From Vulcanimicrobiota bacterium (GTDB lineage Bacteria > Vulcanimicrobiota > Vulcanimicrobiia > Vulcanimicrobiales > Vulcanimicrobiaceae): DNA of 64,000 bases. Made by a program: the position numbers and the translations under genes. Shown one piece after another: positions 60,124 to 64,000 of the stretch. The stretch covers positions 96,001-160,000 of the forward strand of contig CAWAXX010000017.1 of NCBI GenBank assembly GCA_963786105.1, read 5' to 3'. The number at the start of each line of letters is the position of its first letter. The stretch's first letter is position 1. The notes under the pieces are model-generated. The model ran no database searches and was not told where the DNA came from. It was given only the letters and a program-made list of their open reading frames with translations.

Positions 60124-60907
60124 TCCGCGCGGCGGCAACGAGCGGCCGCAGGAAGCGTTCCGCCGCTGCGGCCGCGTCGCTTCCAACTCGACCGGCGAGT
60201 GCGTCCACGAGTGCGCTCCCGACGACGAGCGCCTCGGCCGCAGGAGCGAGAAGCGCAATTTGGGAGCTATTCGACAGTCCGAAGCCTACGGCAATTGGAC
60301 GCTTCACGCGTGCGCGTAGTGCTCCGAGGCGATCTTGAAGGGTCTGAATGTCGGGCGCGCTCGAGGCACCAGTGACTCCGAGACGCGAGACGAGGTACAC
60401 GAACGCGTCGCTCGCCTGCGCGATACGAACCGCCCGCTCGAGCGGCGTGGTCGGCGACGCGATCAGCACGAGCGCGATGCCGCTCGCGCGCAGCGTCGTC
60501 GCGAGAAGCGAGATTTCCTCGAACGGCAAATCCGCGACGATCGCGCCGGCGACGCCGGCCCGCTTGGCATCGAGGGCAAACTTCTCGACGCCGTACCGTA
60601 CGATCGGATTGAGATATCCAAACAGGACGATCGCCGGACCGCCGCGCGCGTGTGCGCAAAGCTCGAGCGTCTGCGCGAGCGTCGTTCCCGAGTCGAGCGC
60701 TCGCTGCGCGGCATGAGCGATGGTTTTTCCGTCGCCCACCGGATCGCTAAACGGCATGCCGACCTCGACGATCTCCGCACCGGCGTGCGCGAGCCCTTGG
60801 ATCACGGCGCGCGACGTTGCGATGTCCGGATCGCCGGCGCAAACGTACGGAATGACGAGACTGCGCCCGTCGGAAGCGCGCGCGAAAATCGCGTCCAGAC
60901 GATTCAT
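60095..60907 (-). CDS. trpA: Tryptophan synthase alpha
   Basis: AGDP, EVGMPFSDP..DG, YLNP, GVTG, VGSA. Confidence 0.96.
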   Translation of the reverse strand: MNRLDAIFARASDGRSLVIPYVCAGDPDIATSRAVIQGLAHAGAEIVEVGMPFSDPVGDGKTIAHAAQRALDSGTTLAQTLELCAHARGGPAIVLFGYLNPIVRYGVEKFALDAKRAGVAGAIVADLPFEEISLLATTLRASGIALVLIASPTTPLERAVRIAQASDAFVYLVSRLGVTGASSAPDIQTLQDRLGALRARVKRPIAVGFGLSNSSQIALLAPAAEALVVGSALVDALAGRVGSDAAAAAERFLRPLVAAARTNPSRVPVA

Positions 60908-62070
60908 ATGCGCGCGAGATCCTTGTCGCCGCGGCCGCTGAAACTTACCAGGATGAGATCGTCGGGAGCGCTTCGCCGGCTCAGTTGCTCGACGAACGCG
61001 AGAGCGTGCGCCGTCTCCAGTGCGGGGAGAATTCCTTCGAGAGTAGCGCAGCGCCGGAATGCCGCCACCGCTTGTTCGTCGGTCGCGCTCACGTATCGAA
61101 CGCGACCGGTTTCGTGCAGGTGTGCGTGCTCCGGTCCGACGCCCGGATAGTCCAGGCCCGCCGCTACCGACTGCGTTTCGCGGATTTGCCCGTCGCCGTC
61201 TTGCAGCACGTACGAACGAGCGCCGTGCAAGTAACCCATGCTACCGGTCCCCAGGGTGGCGGCGGTGTCGTTCCGATCGATGCCGTTGCCCGCCGCTTCG
61301 ACGCCCCACAAACGCACCGCCGGATCGGCGAGAAATGCCGAGAACATGCCGATCGCGTTGCTGCCTCCCCCCACGCAGGCCACCACGTCGGTCGGCAAGC
61401 GGCCGTACCGATGCACGATCGTTTCGCGCGCTTCGCGACCGATCGTGCGCTGGAATTCTCGGACGAGGTACGGGTAGGGATGCGGTCCGACGACGCTGCC
61501 GACAAGATAGTATGCGTCGGTGCAGGAGCCGGCCCACTCGCGTAGCGCCTCGCCGGTTGCGTCCTTGAGCGTTTTCGTTCCGCTCTCGACGCGGACGAGG
61601 GTTGCTCCGAGGGCGTTCATCGCGCGCACGTTGGCGGCTTGACGTTCGGCGTCGCGAGCTCCCATGAAGATTTCGACCGGCAAACCGAGTCGTGCGCCGA
61701 TGGTTGCCGCGGCAACGCCGTGCTGTCCGGCACCGGTTTCCGCGATGATGCGCGATTTACGCATCCGCCGTGCCAGCAACCCTTGCCCTACGGCGTTGTT
61801 GATCTTGTGCGAACCGGTGTGATTCAGGTCTTCGCGCTTGAAAACGACGACGGCCGGCCCACCCGCGAACGCGCGCGACGATTCCAGCAGCGGTGAAGGA
61901 CGCCCGACGAAATCGCGCAACAACGCGGCGTATTCGTCCCAAAAAGCCGGGTCGGCGAACGCTTTGGCAACGCCGCGCTCCAGTTCGGTCAGCGCCTGGT
62001 GCAAGACTTCAGGAACGAAGCGTCCGCCGAAGGCGCCGTAGTACCCGCTACGAAGCGTAGACTGCTGCAT
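60904..62070 (-). CDS. trpB: Tryptophan synthase beta
   Basis: KREDLNHTGSHKIN, AETGAGQHG, GGGSN, SGRGDKD. Confidence 0.97.
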   Translation of the reverse strand: MQQSTLRSGYYGAFGGRFVPEVLHQALTELERGVAKAFADPAFWDEYAALLRDFVGRPSPLLESSRAFAGGPAVVVFKREDLNHTGSHKINNAVGQGLLARRMRKSRIIAETGAGQHGVAAATIGARLGLPVEIFMGARDAERQAANVRAMNALGATLVRVESGTKTLKDATGEALREWAGSCTDAYYLVGSVVGPHPYPYLVREFQRTIGREARETIVHRYGRLPTDVVACVGGGSNAIGMFSAFLADPAVRLWGVEAAGNGIDRNDTAATLGTGSMGYLHGARSYVLQDGDGQIRETQSVAAGLDYPGVGPEHAHLHETGRVRYVSATDEQAVAAFRRCATLEGILPALETAHALAFVEQLSRRSAPDDLILVSFSGRGDKDLARI

Positions 62071-62710
62071 CGGCTTCTCGAACGGCACGAACGAAGGCAT
62101 GCATCTTGGCGAGCGACTTTTGCTGCGCCGCTTCGATTCCCGAGCGCACGTCGACACCGAACGGCCGCGTGATGCGGATGCAGGTGCCCACGTTGCTCGA
62201 ATCGAGGCCGCCGGCGACCATCACGGCGCGACGGGCGGCGATGCCGGCGATTCGATCCCAGCAAAAAGCGCGTCCGGTCCCGCCTAGGCGATCGACGCTC
62301 GCCGTATCGAACACCGGAATCTCTTCGGGCGCGTACGCAACGTCCACCGCCGTGCGTTCCCACGGCGACAAACGAACCACGCGCAGATACGGTGCGCCGC
62401 CGGTCAAACGACGTGCGCTTGCGGCATCGATCGGCGCCGCAAACTGAATGGTGAATCCGGCGTCGCGTAGTCGCGGCACCACGGACACGTCTTCGCCGAC
62501 GACCGCAACCAACGAGCGCGGGCGTGGCTGCGATTTCGCGAGCTCGCCGGCCATGCGCAGATCGATTCGTCGCGGGCTGGGCGCGAGAATCGCGCCGATG
62601 GCGTCGGCGCCGGCTTCGAACGCTAGGGCGGCCTCGTGCGCGTTGGTGATGCCGCAGAACTTGATCGTCGTTCGCGGGCGCTCGCTCGTTCGTACCACCG
62701 GTAGCGTCAT
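62048..62710 (-). CDS. trpF: Phosphoribosylanthranilate isomerase
   Basis: IKFCGIT, SPR, GGTG, AGGL, GVDVRSGIE. Confidence 0.93.
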   Translation of the reverse strand: MTLPVVRTSERPRTTIKFCGITNAHEAALAFEAGADAIGAILAPSPRRIDLRMAGELAKSQPRPRSLVAVVGEDVSVVPRLRDAGFTIQFAAPIDAASARRLTGGAPYLRVVRLSPWERTAVDVAYAPEEIPVFDTASVDRLGGTGRAFCWDRIAGIAARRAVMVAGGLDSSNVGTCIRITRPFGVDVRSGIEAAQQKSLAKMHAFVRAVREADAAVYAS

Positions 62711-63759
62711 CGGCCGCCGGATTCCCGAGCGCGATCGAAGACCTTGCGCGCGGCTCCCGAATGAAGGGCTTGGCGCGCCAGCGCCAGTCCTTCGCGGAGC
62801 GAATCCACGCGCTCGGCGACTTGGAGGGCGAGAGCCGCGTTGAGCGCGACGACGTCCGCTCGAGGCGAGTGTTCCCCATCGAGAATCGCCAGCAGTGCCG
62901 CCGCATTAGCGCAGACGTCTCCTCCGGCGAGTGCTGCGCGCGGCGCGGCGATGCCGTAGTCGGCGGGTTCGATCTCGTAACGCAGTACGCCGCTTCGGTC
63001 GAAACGATAGACGGAGGTCGGTCCGTCACCGGCGACTTCGTCCAGACCGCTCTTCGAGTGAATCACGGCGGCAGCTTCGGTTCCGAGCGCGCGGAGCGCG
63101 CTTCCGACGAGTTCGACGTGTTCCGGCCGCGCAACGCCGACGATTTGCCGGGTCGCGCGCGCGGGGTTGGCGAGCGGGCCGATCACGTTAAAGATCGTCC
63201 GGACGCCTAGCTCGCGACGAATCGGAGCGACGTTTTTCAACGCGGGGTGATAGTACTGGGCGAACAAAAACGCAAACCGCTCGCCTTCGAGGCATCGGGC
63301 CGCCTGCTCGGGTGGGCGATCGAGCGATATTCCCAGGTACTCGAGGACGTCGGCGCTTCCGCAGCGGCTGGATGCGGCCCGGTTGCCATGCTTGGCTAGC
63401 GGCACGCCGCAAGCTGCGACGATGAATGCGGCGCAGGTAGAGACGTTGATCGTTCCGGCTCGATCGCCCCCGGTTCCGCAGACGTCCATCACCAGCGGAA
63501 GATCGTGAGGAACGATCCGCGAACGCGCGCGCAGCGCTCGAGCGGCGCCCACCAGCTCGCAAATTACCTCGCCCTTTCCCGCGAGCGCGGCGAGGAACCC
63601 GGCGCCTTGAGCCGGCGTCCAAAAACCGTCGACGAGCGCGCCGACGGCCGTCGACATGGCTTCGGCGTCGAGGTGACGGCGAGCAAGCATGCCGCTTATT
63701 ACGTCCGGGAACGGCGGCAGATCGGTTGTTGAGGGAAACGCGGATTGCGGCGATAGCAC
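62707..63759 (-). CDS. trpD: Anthranilate phosphoribosyltransferase
   Basis: DVCGTGGD, NVST, KHGNR, GPLANP, GLDE. Confidence 0.96.
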   Translation of the reverse strand: MLSPQSAFPSTTDLPPFPDVISGMLARRHLDAEAMSTAVGALVDGFWTPAQGAGFLAALAGKGEVICELVGAARALRARSRIVPHDLPLVMDVCGTGGDRAGTINVSTCAAFIVAACGVPLAKHGNRAASSRCGSADVLEYLGISLDRPPEQAARCLEGERFAFLFAQYYHPALKNVAPIRRELGVRTIFNVIGPLANPARATRQIVGVARPEHVELVGSALRALGTEAAAVIHSKSGLDEVAGDGPTSVYRFDRSGVLRYEIEPADYGIAAPRAALAGGDVCANAAALLAILDGEHSPRADVVALNAALALQVAERVDSLREGLALARQALHSGAARKVFDRARESGGR

Positions 63760-63790
63760 GGAAGCCTCTCTACTCGGCGATGCAGCGAAT

Positions 63791-63817
63791 AAAAAAAAAC
63801 CGCCCGGTGCGGGCGGC
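63791..63817 (-). terminator. trp attenuator terminator
   Basis: Minus strand GCCGCCC-GCACC-GGGCGG followed by U9, between leader and trpD. Confidence 0.9.
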
Positions 63818-63846
63818 TCATACGACCAAGGGTCGAACGCGCGCGG

Positions 63847-63912
63847 CTACGCCACCGGAACTCTGACGTTCGGAAGCCACCACCACGCGGTAAGAGCAAG
63901 AATACGATTCAT
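63847..63912 (-). CDS. trpL: trp operon leader peptide MNRILALTAWWWLPNVRVPVA
   Basis: 21-aa ORF with three tandem TGG codons upstream of the terminator and trpD. Confidence 0.88.
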   Translation of the reverse strand: MNRILALTAWWWLPNVRVPVA

Positions 63913-63920
63913 TGGAGTCG

Positions 63921-63963
63921 ACTCTAGCACACGGTTGACATCATCGCAAGAGCGTGCTACCGT
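63921..63963. promoter_or_regulatory. Overlapping divergent promoters
   Basis: Minus: TTGCGA-17 nt-TAGAGT toward trpL; plus: TTGACA (63935)-17 nt-TACCGT toward ATG 63971. Confidence 0.65.
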
Positions 63964-64000
63964 CGGCCACATGATTCTACGTCGCGGTAACGGCCGCTGG

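Overview
GC-rich bacterial chromosome segment. The many paralogous beta-propeller lipoproteins and the gene content suggest Eremiobacterota/Vulcanimicrobiota (inference only). Layout: (1) 1-11 kb accessory region with beta-carbonic anhydrase, three highly repetitive beta-propeller lipoprotein genes and several broken genes, ending in att-like duplications of the 5' end of tRNA-Arg(CCT). (2) Core cluster rpmG-tRNA-Trp-secE-nusG-rplK-rplA-L10 leader-rplJ-rplL, not followed by rpoB. (3) H+-PPase, ftsY-recA-recX, a two-component pair and an FGE. (4) A complete ~1.2 kb IS110-family element whose bridge RNA can be decoded from the sequence: target and donor guides match the reconstructed target and circle junction, and it sits in a palindromic REP-like site. 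(5) hpt-like, GH125, purA (apparent CTG start), orphan fliJ-like, comF-ribD-ribE, Zn dehydrogenases, MFS and TetR/TetA-like genes. (6) An unusual XRE-HTH-RibBA fusion with palindromic operator-like sites over its own promoter, then ribH. (7) mtnA, holA and trpD-F-B-A under a Trp leader-peptide attenuator, with a divergent promoter at the window edge. Best leads: the HTH-RibBA autoregulatory module, the IS110 bridge RNA, and integration at the tRNA 5' end.
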